64,000 nucleotides of DNA, from assembly GCA_040954595.2 (NCBI GenBank), contig CM082583.2, positions 8,914,254-8,978,253 of the forward strand, given 5' to 3'. The translations under genes were made by a program, and so were the position numbers. Within the stretch, counting starts at the first letter, position 1; every line of letters starts with the position of its first letter. Source of the DNA: Balanoglossus misakiensis (taxonomy: Eukaryota > Animalia > Hemichordata). Positions 11,101 to 25,724 of the stretch are shown one piece after another. The notes beneath the pieces were generated by a model. The model saw only the letters and a program-made list of their open reading frames with translations, made no database searches and was not told the DNA's origin.

Positions 11101-13166
11101 TCCCGATAAATGATGATGAAATCCTTCATGCTCACACATGGTGACCTCTTGTAGCTTTTCATAACAACGCATTCATCATCATCCGAAATAATTAGGTCAG
11201 GGCATCATGTTGAAAACGGAAAAGGCCGCATCTGTCATCCTCTTAGTATCACTGCGGATGATTACGAAAGGATCATATACGTGTACATTGTATTTCATTC
11301 AGTACAGATGTATTGTGAACACTAGCTGCCCTCTACATCCTTAAATCCTGAATGTTCAAACCTGAAAAAATCTCCTGTCTTTCACAGCTGTGTAGATTTC
11401 ATATCAATCTGATTAAAATCAGATGTAGAGTTGGCTCGACCTTGACATTGGTTCCTTTGCTGTTCTGTTCCGACATCAGATTTTGATCAAATTGGATCCA
11501 TCCTGTCTATAAGTGTTTGACAGAGCATGCCTCGGCAAATTTGCGTAAATCCTACAAATTACAAGAAACTCTGATTGGCAACAGTCTTTGCTTACTTTCA
11601 GACAAAAATACTTCGCCACACTTTTTTCGCGTTTGTCAGCGTGAGTGCCGTGCTTTTATACTTCAATTACTACGATCTGGCGCCCGATCAACTTATAAAC
11701 CAGCTGGGCTTGACGGCCAGTGCAGTTACCGTGGCAATGTACGCAGCTCCCCTAGCCCAAATGGTAAGTACATGTCAAAGTTTCAATCATTGATTGTAGA
11801 TTAATGTACACTGTCTTGCACTGGTCAGAATAGAATAGATGATTGACTGATCCGAATTGTTTCTTTGTGTTTTTCACAGAGGGAAGTTATAAGAAGCCGA
11901 TCTGTGAAATCAATGTCTTTTCCGCTGTCAGTAGCTACATTTATAGCATCCTCTCTCTGGACTTTGTACGGATTTCTTCTTCACGATATGTATGTCAGTG
12001 TAAGTTGAGTTTCACATTTTCTATCCCTCCAACATTTTTCTCAATGCAAACATGTTTAGTGGGTTGGTGTATACACAAGTTATATATTTTCTGGTGCCCT
12101 GACTTCAGATCATTTCTCATCTCGCCTCCTGATGAACACACATGTACATCACTCCACGCACTCTGTGTACATGTAAAGCCTTGTGTTTCCAGTGTTACTG
12201 ATATTTCAAATAGTGAATGTTCAATTTGCATTCACTAAGAAACTTATTTTTGTTTGACTCAACCAAACTTAAAACTGTGAAAACACACATACGGTTGATT
12301 GCATTATTGCAGGCAGAAAAAAAGTATTTTTTCACTGGTGATATCCAAATGAGATAAAAATAAAAGCTTTCAGCTGTTCCAGATCCCCTTTGTCATCACG
12401 ATCTATACTAATAAAATTACAATCACGCATGACATGTATCAACAGTTTTCCCTGGCTGGTTTCAATATGGCTCTTTGTAAAGTAGGCGTATGTTTGCGAG
12501 AGACCGTGAAAATAAAATTGTAGCGAAACTTCATGTTTTTCGCTTCAGTGAAAATGAATTTCAGTGACACTAGAGTATGCTACACTTCACACCAATTTTT
12601 GTGGGTCAAGAGGATTTCTCTTTGTTTTTCCTGATGTCATCTGTTATATATGCTAATCCCCCTCATGCACAAATTGCTCCATGTCTGGGATTGTCAGTAA
12701 AAATAACTTTTGTATAGACACCCCCATCATGCCAGATGTTTCACTGCAAGTAAATGAGACAGGATATTTATGTGCAAACACCTATGGTGGTACTCGCTCT
12801 CAAACCTATTAAAAATTAAAAATATCCTAGGATTTTTATACTGCAGGGGCTGCCATGTGTACATGTGGCTTTGCTGCAGACATAGTGAGAGTTCCAACTT
12901 TCCCTTTTTAAATGAAAAATTCTCACAACCTTATTATACTCTCTTTATTTTTCTACAAAATGTTCAGTGTTTTAAATAAGGCAAAATATTAAATATTTGA
13001 CCTTTGATCTGCCAGCAGTTACATGAACTTTGACCCACAATATTGAGAAACTTTTTTTATATCTTTTCCTCTGCAGCTTCCAAACGTACCTGGTATTGCC
13101 ACAAGTCTTGTTCGGTTTTACCTATTCTGGATTTACAGTTCACCGAGCGAAACACTTCACGTCTGA
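8124..13166 (+). CDS. SLC50A1: Sugar transporter SWEET1 (MtN3/saliva family)
   Basis: Exons 8124-8191, 9172-9249, 10518-10641, 11602-11763, 11880-11999, 13077-13166 give MDQLYWVSWACLVFTVGMFAAGIP..RKRSTQDVPFLPFL..NNVLW.YYG..VNTIG..MYAAPLAQMREVIRSRSVKSMSFPLS..LWTLYG..LPNVPG, i.e. two MtN3 repeats. Confidence 0.93.
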
Positions 13167-13348
13167 TATGTGGGCAAACTGTCGGGACTTCAGCTACGCC
13201 AGAAAGAGAAAAAATGTCACCGCCACAATTGAGAAATATTACCAGCTAGTGCAGTCTCTCACAAGAAGAATGAGAATAAGACGGTTTCATTCTGAAGGAA
13301 ATCATGAATGGAGAAACGAACCGCAACAATGGAGGGAAAAATCATGCT

Positions 13349-13446
13349 TTAACCCTGTCACCCCCATGGTCCCCCACAATGGTTCCTCCCAGTGCCATTG
13401 CTCAAACATATCGGGTCAGACCAACATGTGGAGGTGAACGGGTTAA
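13349..13446. mobile_element. ~90-bp piggyBac-type MITE (TTAA TSD, CCC...GGG ends) downstream of the SWEET1 stop
   Basis: TTAA-CCCTGTCACCCCCA ... TGGAGGTGAACGGG-TTAA; termini resemble those of the element at 35426-35518. Confidence 0.7.
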
Positions 13447-16400
13447 ACAATTCACCTGGAAAATGGTGGACAAGTGGCAGATGCTGAGATCAGTTGCACA
13501 GCGTGGCATGTGTTTGCCTGGAACAGAAAAAAAAGAGTTTTGCATATTTGCCACCGTGACAGTATTCATGCTGATTAATTTTTCTGTAAAAATTGCACCA
13601 CATTGGTGTCTATATCAAATGAATTTTCTATTTTTTATTTTAATACACTGTTTGTTACAGGTATACATGCACCTCATAATGAATCAAAAATTGCATTTTC
13701 AAATGTAAGTTCATACAATTTACTGGTAGAAATACTGTATATTAACATTCACTAAGTTCTCTTCTGGTATTGGTGGAAAATACTATAGACTTTCCATTCC
13801 TTTTCAGTCCTTGAGTGGAGTTGTTCAGTTTCAATTGCCTTAACAGTTGGGCTGAACCATTTACTACTGCTGAAGGGGTTAAAGCATAGATATGGTGCTG
13901 ATGTGTGTTCAGTGTGTCGTCTGTAAGCATCACTGGTGAGGATTTCAAAACTGCTGAGAGTATGTTGTGCTAGACACTCTCACAGCCCACGGTTCTCTAC
14001 AAGGCTCTTCACTGACGCGCCCTCAACCGTTTAGCAAAGGAGAAGCACCGTATGGTGTTGTGTAGTGAACCTTAGCACAATCTTGTACTTACTGTGTCAG
14101 ATATTATCCCCCGAAACCTGTAAAGCGCTAAGAGCTCAGGGAACCTGAATAAGCTCTTTTATTATCTGACGCCGTGTATTTACTTTTATGTGTATTTAAC
14201 CCAGATCAAGTACGTGAATCAATACCCCTTCCAACATAATGTTATCTTTGTGAACACGTTCGTTGATCTGGGAAGATTGTGCCAATAACAGAGAGATTCA
14301 AACCTGACTCAATTTAAATTCTCTCTCTCTGTCTCTCTCTGCTTGTCTGCAGACACTTGTATGCTGCTTCACTACCTTAAACAGATGGCTTTTTTTCCCA
14401 TATGTTTTGTGAACCCTGCAAATACCTTGAATGACAGCGATTACGGGGCTGATGTGTCATATTACCAGAAATTGTTCAGAAGTCTTTGTATACTGTATCA
14501 ATAGGCTAGATGTAGGCTGACATAGTACAGCGCAGCGCAGCATGTTTGGGTAACTGGACCGACCTCAGAAACAAAGTTTTCTTACATGAAGTGAAAATAA
14601 GTGCAATAATGTTATTTTGTTCCATCAAACCTCAGTCGCTTTTTCTCAGTCCGGTTTCTCTGTTTTTTTGCAGTTTTTTGATTAAGACATTAATCATTAT
14701 CCACTCTTGACCACCAAGAACTTGAGAATGTGAGTCAGTTTGATATGGGTGTGTTGGGTATAATTCAGGCTATTATTATAAAGTACAGTGCTGTTTTTCT
14801 GCCACATTTTGCCTTGGGATAAAAAGATGTGCAAACAAAATTCAAACAGTGTCACTTGAAATTACAGATTTGTTGCTTGAGGGCGCTGTCCTTGATTTAT
14901 CTGCATAATAGCATTACCGTGGTGATAGATATTCACGAACAATCATTACGCACAAATTGGCATCCATCCTCCCATACACTTTGTTTAAGATGATATTTTA
15001 ATATGTGTGGTCAGAAAAGTTACTACTAACCTCATTTAAGTAAGTGTAGAAATATTACCATGATTTTTATCCAACTTTTAATATTTTCATTGTTTTCAAA
15101 TGAATATAAGGTGAACATCATCGTAACAGTAGTATAGTATCTTATAGATATTTCACCGATTATGTTAATCTTCCTGATCTTCTGCACAGACACACATTTT
15201 CACCGTAGTTCCCTGTGTGTATTATATCCAACTTGCACATTGCAAGTGAGGTAATCAGACCGAAGAAAGATTTGCTTGTGATTTCAGCAAGAATTTACCA
15301 TAATTATAAAGTTATTAACTAATAATTTATTAGTTTACTACTACAGTGTTTCAAGTACAGTCGTGTTTCTTGACTTGAGAGCTGTACCACAATTTAACAT
15401 TAGCTTTCACAATTTTTGACTAATTATTATTTTATTATTTCATCTTTATGATTAAGATTAAGAACCAACTTTTTTTGTCATCCTGTTGACATGGAAAGCG
15501 TATTATACAGGATTATATTACTAATACAGTAAACTTGCGTAGTTTAATGGTATTGTCCGGAACCAATAATATGGATGTCTTCAAGTACATGTATATTTTT
15601 TCACAAAGTTTTGGTGAATATATATTTTTTTGTCAAATGTACATTGAAGAGCTTAGTAGAAGGCTGAAAATTTACAAGTGAAAAAAACGGACAAGCCCAT
15701 TCAAAGTTACTGAAGATTACAATTATAAAAACTTTAAAGCAGCTACATCTGAATTTGTTTGGTTTTCTTTTTCAATCTCTGTCTCAGACATTTTTTTGTA
15801 TAATTCATGGTATACTCTCGTGGAATAATCCTATCAACGGATATTTTCGTCCGATCGTGGCGTGGGCTCTATATTTTTGCGCGCCCCCTACGTCGGAAAG
15901 AATCACCCTGATAGTCAATGGATGACGGATACCCAAATTCAAAGTCCATTTCTGACAGAATATATTGCAGAGAGAGTGGGGGAGGGTGATAGATTACTAC
16001 ATTCCAAAGCTGCTAATAAACTTGAGTTTTCTTGATCTTTTCTCAACATTTCTAATCCAGTGAATGGTTTATCAGTTTGCAATAGGCTGTAGAAGCGTGT
16101 ATGCGTAATACTAGTAGCACTTCTGCGCTGGTGTATGTATAGTGCATTATAGGCCGCGCTGTCAAGCATAGAGCGGCAGATGTCATGGAGTCGACCGAGT
16201 AAAGTAACAGAGATGATCCATATAATGGACAAATCATTGAAAACCCTTTATTATTGAATCCGTTCAGCATTTCTCAGTATTTGTATTTCGGGCGATGTGC
16301 GTCTAAATTTGTGCACGGGTATATCGGGTGAACTCATCAGAAGAAAGTGAATGGACACGTCCAAAGAGTTTTTCATAAGCTGGAAATTGTTCTCAGGTTT

Positions 16401-18337
16401 GTACAGACCTTTCCTCCGTCCTTGAGAAAGGTGACTGAGAGGTATACGGACTATTGCTCGATTGTCGTTCGATGCCGAGACGGCCGTGCAAAGGTTAAAG
16501 TCAGATGGGCATACTTCTCGCTAAATTGTCAATGCCCTGTTTTAAGTATATGTATCACTAAACTATAGATGTACCGAAAACCCCGAAAGACTCCCGGGGA
16601 ACAACCTGCCACTGTCTTGCATCAATTGCCGAAAAGAGGCGTATGGTTTTCGGCGATGGGGCACTGGTGTAATACAAAAAAAATGTTTCGAAATGTGAAA
16701 GTGTAAAATTTATTCTCTCGCCTGAGCATGCGCACACTGTTTTCGGACATAGCTCTCACGACGTCCGCGTAAAGTCAAGAAAGTTGCTGTACAATAATCG
16801 ACTGAAGAAAAGAGAGTCTATGATACATTTTTATAAAGGCGAATCAAGATCCAATTGCCCGAATGTGGAATGAAAGGAAGATTTTAGTACATGTTTATTG
16901 AGAACTTGATCAACAACAGTCTTCTTTTTTTCCGCTGATGAAGAGAGTGGTGGTGGTGGTGATGATGGCGAATTACTTGTTACCGATGAGGGCGCTATGC
17001 CGACCAAGGGGGTGTCAATATGATTTGCAAAAAGGTTAACAAACTATTTGGCTCACCCAGAAAGTGTGTTCACCTTAAATTATACAGGGTTGCGTGCTGA
17101 TTTGTTTGTCAATTTTATCTTCCCAAATTTAATATGTTTACAAGGATATAGGAGGCGCGCACATATGACATGTAGGCCTAAACAACGAAACTTTGCCCTC
17201 CAAAGTTGAAGTAAATCTTAAACAACAATCAACACCCTTTTTGAGAAACATGGGGGAAAAGTTGACCAAAAACACCCCGAATTTACAACATCTACACAAA
17301 GCTTGGAAAAATATCCACCGCGCAGAATCTGTTTAAAGTAACATATGAAACTGGTTTATTTTGCATTGCAAGACGTTTATCTGACGATTCTGAAGCAAGT
17401 GTTTTGCATTCTAAAAAAATTGAGCCTTCTGTCAAGCAGTTAATACTGTCAGCTGTAATGCCTACTTCTAATTTTCACGTTTTTGTAGACCTGCAAACAC
17501 AACGAATGTTTTAGATTCAGCTTCTGACACGATGTTCTCACTACAATAGTACAAGAGACGTCGCGGCGTTATGATTGATCTGCGCATTTAATAGTTACCG
17601 TAAAGAGGCATGTGGTAATTTACGACAGTGAGTAGATCCTGAAGTTTTCATAGAACATCGCATAATGGGTAATAGTCTAGCCAAGTGTTTCATTTAACTG
17701 TGAAGATCCCCAATACAAACACTCTTTTTATGAAATATAGGGGACAAAAAGACCAACAAAAAACAACAATTTACCAAATCTATGACACCGAGAGAAGTCA
17801 TAGTTACAGTTACGGCAATACTGAGTAGAGCAATGAAATTGGTTCGCAATCCTTTCATTGGCCTGGATTTTCGAAAAGGTGCTCCTTTTTTCTTGTTTTC
17901 ACGCATGGTTACCCACCTTCCCTGGGAATATCACCCGTGAAATGACTGATGCAGTGAAACTCTATTGAGTGTCTGATGGCCATGATATATGAACAGAAGC
18001 TATTATTAAATCTGCGCGTATACATTTCATTTTATGTCTTCTTTGGGGATGCTGTGGATCGACCACGTGGCGGGATGCGGGTATGGTACATAATGGTTCT
18101 CCTCATCGTGGTGTCTGTATGATTTGCAAAAGGCAAACAAACTTTCGGGGCCACCCATAAAAGTTCGTCGACCCAAGCAGATCTCAGGGCGACTGGCTGA
18201 TTGATTTTCGCCTTGAAAGCGTAGGACAGTATATATTGTTTGCCGGCTCATTCGGATTCAGATGTTTATAGTCTAATTGTCCATTTTAGCGGACGTCCAA
18301 GTATAGGCCAGTCATGTATTACACAGACTTACACAAA

Positions 18338-18457
<120 letters not shown>

Positions 18458-19672
18458 ATTACGGGTTAGACACTCCATTCAGGTAGAGCAATGTTTGTAA
18501 ACATACGGTTAGCATTTTACGTAGGTCAAATCCCAGAATCACAATTCCCCAGTTACGTAATCCAAGGATATTCATTCACACATCAACGGCATGCTTCCCA
18601 GTAGCAGTGTTTACCAACACCTCCACCCCCTCACCCTAATGCACTATTTGAAACCTGCCAGCATAAATCTATAGGCTTTACAGGGAAAGCAATTGCGCGA
18701 GCATATTTTGTAATATTAACATATTAACATTAAAAAGAGACAACATCCCCCAAACGTGAATTTTAATATTCCCGTACCGTTCTTTTCAATCCAGTTGTGT
18801 AGTTTGAAAACTTTCCAGCAGACCTTATAATTAAACTTACGCCATGAAAGGCGAAGTCAAGTGCACTCTGATTGAGTGACAAGATTAGAGATTGTTTTAT
18901 GCTCAAATATTCAAATATAAAAACTAAGGTTGATGAAACACTGTTAGCATCATCGGATGTCCTTGCGCCGCGCCAGCGGGTATCTGTATGATTTGTAAAA
19001 GGTGAACAAACTATTGATTTACCCATAGGGTGTGTATTCAATAAGTTTGCCATCTATACGGGTTTTAGACATAATAGAAAAAATATATAGGCCCTATGGT
19101 CATGATAACCATCTTCACAAATTTCAGAAAGTATCAAAACCCTTGTATTTACTACATGTATTTGTGTTATTTTCTCGTCTTAAAGACACCAAAAAGTCAA
19201 GAAAAAATGTGTATGTACAGAATATATGCATTGCGTATGATGTATTATAATCCAATGTTTTACAAATAATATTAGCCTATGTAACACCTGGCAAATGACA
19301 TGGAGTAGTAATTCCAGGGGAAAAAGCGTTTGGTCTGCTGTGAATAATTATTCTGTTCATGGTGTCAGTTAGATTTGTAAAGTTCAACAAACTTTGGTGA
19401 GACAACCCAGTTTTGCCTATTCAATCAGCATCCGGGGTAATATTCTCATTTCTGCTGGCGTCAGCAGATTGGCTCTCCAAATCGCGCGATCCCTTGTACC
19501 AGGAACTCCGAGGGGATATTGTCACAATTTAATTAAGGTACAGTCAGTAAAATACCAAAACGATGATGATGCATCGCGATCTAAATATATAATAACTTGT
19601 ACATGAAGGTGGGTCGCCGGCTCAATATTTCAGTGGTCAAGAAATCGTATTGGAATAGAACAATGATAAACC

Positions 19673-19688
19673 ATGATGATGATGATGG

Positions 19689-19776
<88 letters not shown>
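19673..19776. repeat. (GAT)n microsatellite, ~34 units
   Basis: Direct reading; one GGT interruption. Confidence 0.97.
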
Positions 19777-20792
19777 ATTCCTTTTATAATAAACATAACA
19801 ACATAACATCTGGTATGTTGGGCACATAGTAAGTGTTTACTGCGCCTTGTAGTAATAATCCCCCCCCCCTCAAAAAACAACAACAGCACCAATATCTGAA
19901 TCAGGTTATAGTGTATCTGGCCTGAGTGATTTAACCTTGTCCCCGATGAGATGAAATATACAGTGTACGCATAAAAAGGCAAGGTCGTAAATTCTTGGTG
20001 TCCTAGAAACAGCGTTTTCTCCAACATCTGTATTTCGGAAGACACGGGTAACGTGTTCACATATCCGCCGTGATATTGCGCCTGCGCGAAGCTGGGCTGG
20101 TTCTGTATGATTTGCAAAAGTAAACAAACTTTTTGGTAGTTGTGAAAAGTTTGTTGCCCTCGTTCTTGCACAGGGTGTTGGTCAGATTTGCACGTCGGTG
20201 TAATTATTCAGATGTCGTGTCCAAAGGGTATTGTGATAAATTCGGGATATGACATATCGCTAAATTGTGATCAGTGTCATATTATATTGTAACCTATGAC
20301 ATGTATGTCGGCCCGGCGCAACAGGTGATTCAGTTGCGGCGCTAGCTGTCGGGGGGGGGGGGGTATAGAAAATAGAAAAGTCATACAAAGAACTCCCTGC
20401 ATCCGTAGTCCGGATCATTTTGTCAAATTCCTTGCTTACTTCTTCTTATACCAAAGAATCGCTGCTGCATTTTTTCGGAACTGAGGCCTTTGAGCCAGCG
20501 TAACACGACATGACAAGTATTTATTATTACAATCCCTGATGATTTATTCTTAAATTTATTATTTGTTATCGACCAACGCGCGTGTCAGCACGACAAATAA
20601 CACAGGTGGAGAAATACTGTACCAGCATATTTTGTTAGATCGGTGACAAAACAATTGCAGCTTGATCAAATAACGAAAAGCGACAAGTTTCTTATTCGGG
20701 CTGCTGTTGGCCTCATTCGCCAATTATGAGTGTCGATCCTGTAATTGGTGGTGGTGGTTGTGGTGGTGGTGATTTTATTTCGCCAGGAACAA

Positions 20793-20900
<108 letters not shown>

Positions 20901-22762
20901 TCATTACCACCATCAGTACGTTTCATAAGCTTATTCCTTGACATCGTCATGGTTCGAAGATGACGACGAAGATAAAGCAAGTGCAGACATTTTGTTGATT
21001 ACGTGCTTTTCTAGTTCTTTACACATCATAGTTTTGAGTCTCGTTGAAAGTCGGCGATGGCTGAACACAAGGTTACGAAAATAAGGTCAATCTTGCACAT
21101 GCGTATTAAGTCCTGTGCAATCTGAGTGCGGTCAACGAACTCCTTAAGAAACTGTATGCTCATCTACGGGTCGTCAAACTTTTCTTCAACTTTTACTACC
21201 TGTCGACCTAGCTTTCTTGTGAGGGAAACATTAGCTGTAGGTCACCGTGACCTGTGTTGAGTGTGATACACTTCCCACTAAGACGTGTGCATATGAAATT
21301 CAAACCCGACACGTTTATTATAGTTTGCAAGGCTTTATTTACGTCATTGCCAACTTTGCCCTTCAAAGTCAGACTTCGGCGAACATTGGTATATATCTCG
21401 AGTTATTTTCTCAAGTAAATGTAACGGAATCATTCAATTCTGAGTTACTCTATGAGGAGTTGTTGCTCATATGTTGGAATTAGTTGATCCCGAATAAACT
21501 CCCAAATTCGAAATTCTTCGTTCCTTCACCTCGTCCCGACTTGTCATATAGGCAGTCACTCACACTCTTATAACAATTATGCAAGTTCTTCTGGGAGAAA
21601 AACATAAATTTAGCCTTCATGCTAATGCAGAGATTGTCAAATCAAGTGTACAATCAGCGTTAGTTTTTGTTGTTGTTTTTTCCGATGAAATCACACTGCC
21701 ATTAATACAGAACAGACTTCAGAAATGGTCAAGCACAAAATTAAAGCTCAAAGCTAAAACACTCTGATCGACAATTTGCCAAATACTAGAGTGCATCTTT
21801 AAAAATACGATGGCCCCGAGGGCTATACTCCTTAGTGAAATACTCGTCGATAGGGCCAGCCCATTGACGTTTGTAATAAAACCTAGATACTTAAAAAGTG
21901 AAAACCAAATTTTTTTGATTCAATTTTACATTGATGGTGTGATTTTATGATTCAACAATAATCACTGTGACGGACGTTCATAAAGGCGGAGTGTTTATTT
22001 CCCGTTGCTTTTAAACGCGAAATTGCAAAGTCCCCATCTTGGTATCTTCTTACATTGTTGATCCAGTACATGTATGTCTTGTTCGTCTGCTCAGTACTTA
22101 CAGCTCGCTCAGAACTTACTTGAACTTCGAGCATGCGCACAAATAGTACCGTGTCGGGGGGAAAGGTCGGCGAACTTCCACATGCCCAGGCGCGATCCCC
22201 TCTCCTCGGGTCTTGCAATTGCACGTAATGCCATAACATGTACGTTTGTGTAGGCCTATACAGAATCACACTTTGGCTATTATCGGTTAGTCACTGTTGC
22301 GTCAGAATCCATTTTTACGTAAGAATAACAATAACAGTGAATTTGACTGATCCGCCTGTATGCCGTCCGCCTTATTTCGTACCGGTTCATGCAAGGTAAA
22401 ATAACTTTCGCCTCTACTGATGAGGAAGCGGGCGTCTGATTGTGAGGAAGAATCGTTTGTGGTGGCTGACCATGGCTGTCAATGTCATCACGCTGATCAT
22501 TAACGACTTATTTTGAATGTAAAAATCAAGCAGCGTTTTCTGTTAATTTTCATTTGTGAATATTGCACATATATTTCAGGAAGAATCACTAATAAATGAT
22601 TTGACATTTATGGACATCAGCAAATTCGCAACTCTAGTGAAAATCATCATCTGGGAAGAGCAGGTGTACTTTTTTGAAGATTGTTCGATTTCCATTGGCT
22701 TGGTGACCGACTTTTTAGTTTGCTGCTCATGTTCTCGGTCAGGTTGGCTTACCGTCCCATCG

Positions 22763-23683
22763 TCAGTCCTGCTTCTTCTGCTTTTTCATCTCTTCCCACT
22801 GCTCGGCAGTGACGCCCCCTGCATGCCACCCTGGACACTCGGTGCCAAGTAACCGGTCCCAGTGAGTGAAGAATGGTTGGAAGTTGGAGAGGGGTTTCAA
22901 GTGATGCATGTCGTGCTTGGGCGCCCCTCCCCACAGACCGAACGGGCACCAGTGGTTCAGCGCCCAGGGGAAATCGAACCCGATGTGCGCCTCGACGCTG
23001 ATGATGATGCTCACTATCATGAAGCCCCAAGCGGTGAACGGGTGGCTGCGGAATATCCACGGGGTGGTGGTGACGAACACGCCGACGCTGAACAACTCCC
23101 ACGGGTGCAAGTACTGGGTGACCCAGCTGAACGGAGAGTGGTAACGGTGATGTACGGAGTGGACATGCTTGTACAGCCAACGATTCTTGTGGTGATAGAA
23201 GTGCCAAAGAAAGTACTCTAGGTCGAAGATAAGAAGTCCGGCTGTGATCTGCCAGCAGAATTCCCATAGCCCGGGGGCTTCAGGTGGCAGGGGGGTCGGT
23301 GGCGTGTATATCCACTGTCCGATACTGACGGGTAATATGAAGACGATTTGATTCCAGAATGTAAGGCCGAGCGTGTCGATGGCCTGTGAAACCGTGACTT
23401 TCTGCTTTGGCTGTAACTTGTATTTCTGGATCCAGTTCCAGTGGGTTCCGTAGAGATCGAACAACATGAACGGCAAACATGCTATAAAATAGAACGCGAC
23501 GTTCAGAACGATCGGGAAAAGTGGCGACCTCAGCCAATCGTGGTCTACATTATACAGAATGAAATCCCAAACAGGCTGTATTAGGGATTGTTTTGGCCAT
23601 ACTTCCATCAGCTGTGCCACTAGTGGATCGAGCTGCTTTGGAAGGGAAACATTCATATTCGCCAAGACTGATAAAGTCAGCAT
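22763..23683 (-). CDS. Cholesterol 25-hydroxylase-like protein, copy A (fatty acid hydroxylase/sterol desaturase family), intronless
   Basis: Single ORF from ATG at 23683 (MLTLSVLANM...). Di-iron His boxes WHFYHH, HVHSVHH, EAH and KHDMHH, plus CH25H-type motifs LRSPLFP, QYLHPWELF and NFQPFFTHWDRLLGT. TATAAAA lies ~80 nt upstream (23764-23770). Confidence 0.9.
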   Translation of the reverse strand: MLTLSVLANMNVSLPKQLDPLVAQLMEVWPKQSLIQPVWDFILYNVDHDWLRSPLFPIVLNVAFYFIACLPFMLFDLYGTHWNWIQKYKLQPKQKVTVSQAIDTLGLTFWNQIVFILPVSIGQWIYTPPTPLPPEAPGLWEFCWQITAGLLIFDLEYFLWHFYHHKNRWLYKHVHSVHHRYHSPFSWVTQYLHPWELFSVGVFVTTTPWIFRSHPFTAWGFMIVSIIISVEAHIGFDFPWALNHWCPFGLWGGAPKHDMHHLKPLSNFQPFFTHWDRLLGTECPGWHAGGVTAEQWEEMKKQKKQD

Positions 23684-25724
23684 CTTTGGTGATGTTCTCC
23701 ACCGCGACCTTCTCTGATCAAGTGATGTCGGTGGTGTGGGCACGTGGTACAGAGTTGCTATCTTTTTATAGCTGAGTCGCTTCCCGCTCAGACCTATACA
23801 TACCTTGGCGGCGCGATGTTTGCCTTAGTGGAAATTTTCGAAACGGTGTTTACCAACGACCCACGAAAGGAGGGCGGACATACACATGTACCCTAAAAAA
23901 TCCAATGACAGATAGCGCCATCTAGAGCTATAATCGTGTTCTAGGATAGTGGCGAAACGACGCGATACATCATCTTTATGCACTAGTCAATCCTTCCATC
24001 AAATTCTTTCAAAAATTGCAAGTTGTGTCTGTCTATTGGCAGGAGATGTACACACGTGCACTGGACACGTACACTGCACCAACCAAAGAGATTGAATTTA
24101 AAACGTAGTTTGCGAAGATCACTAAAACTAAACTTCAAAAGTGCGAAGTGTTGTTGAAACTCGCCTCCCCTCATAAACGGACTTTTAAAAATTATTATGA
24201 CAATCCGAGACGGTCTCTAAACCACAGCTTTGACCAAGAGTCTCAGCCTGTTGCCAACTTTCCAACAAACTTGGACGAATCGCTTCTGGGGGGCTGAAGT
24301 TGCTCGTGGAAACAAGAACGAAAACAGTTCAGAAACGTGCGCAGAACTTAAACATGGCTTACACTGGGCTGACACGTAAAAAAATTATGGATTTGAGGGC
24401 GCTTTTCACGTAGAATCATGGTATAAAATGTAAAAAAGAAAGGCATTTAGCCAATGAAAACCAAGCAAGCCAGGTGTTCATTAAACAATTGCAATCTTTA
24501 TTGGAGCATTGTCAATTTTGCCCTCAGAATCAGAGTACGGTGGAAATCGAGAGAAAACAATTTTCTTACTTTCGAGCTTGTAAACCTACAGCGTGGGAGA
24601 AACCTCTTATAGTTTCGTGAACGTTAAACTTGCTCTTCGCTCGTACTGCTTATGACTTGTCATAAGGCGTTTTGACATCATTGATTCGCCGTGTCATTCA
24701 TTTTCGTAACAGCTAAAATGTAATCTCTACAATTACTTAAAGTCGTTCTCACGCTATTTGAATAACATATCAATCTCTAAAATCCATTTCTCTTGAGTGA
24801 TGATCGAAAGAAATGGATGAAATGCGGTCTAATCGCAAAACTACATTTTACCTGGGTACTACATCTCATCAATCTTTTGAAAGTTCCTGTGGTTGAATAA
24901 TGAAATTGATTTGGACCAATCGCAAAAAATCACTATTAATCTACACACATAGCTTCCAACTTTTCAGAATAAATATGACCAAAGAATTGTTCAAGTTGAG
25001 TGCAGTTGGTTTCACTACTTGACCCAATTGCATAAAATTGTTTTAAAATATCCAGATGAGTTATTTTCCCTTTAATAAGCTCACCAAACCCCCGCTTTTG
25101 ATAGTCTTTAGAATTCCAAACAGCATAACTACACTGTGATCAAATTTCCCGACATTTTGCGTCAAAATTGGCCGACTTCTTCTCGAGATATACTAATGTT
25201 GCGACATTCATCAATTATGCATGCATGGTGCTGAAATTGCCCATTCTGATCCTTTTGGTGTAGTAGATGGCCAGTTAAAATTTTATAAATTGGGTCGCGT
25301 GTAGATGTATATAACATGAGTCTTTTTCATACCTTGTTGTATTTTGTGTAAGGGGCCGTCATAAAATACCTCCGTCATAGAAATTCGATCACGTGTATTA
25401 TCATGCAGAGTGATAGAAATAGGCTACCTCGCCAACCGTAGCCGTGAAAGTGGCCTGCCTCTTGCGTGGAGGGACCTGCAATCGTAGTGAAAGCACACAG
25501 ACGTTAACACAAGACTGCCATCGTGTTGAATCAAGCTGTGGTGTCTATGGAGTTCCTTTGTCTGTATAGCTTACAGTTATTCCCGGAGAATCACAAATAA
25601 ATGCTTGCCATTTGCCAATAGTGTAATGACCATTATAGGTATTTATAGATTGTTTGATTTCTGTGCAGCCTGTCGCCCTACAGTTGTTAACGCTCGAAGT
25701 AGCCTCCTCCAGTCCGTATCCTCG

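Noticed and set aside
23684-23743. N-terminal extensions of the CH25H ORFs in the ORF track (also 26649-26852)
   Set aside because: They start at non-ATG codons, are not shared between paralogs, and in copy A abut the TATA box; the shared ATG context marks the real start.
23773-23840. AP-1-like (TGAGTCG) and kB-like (GGAAATTTTC) motifs upstream of CH25H copy A
   Set aside because: Imperfect short matches; they fit an immune-inducible story but are statistically uninformative.
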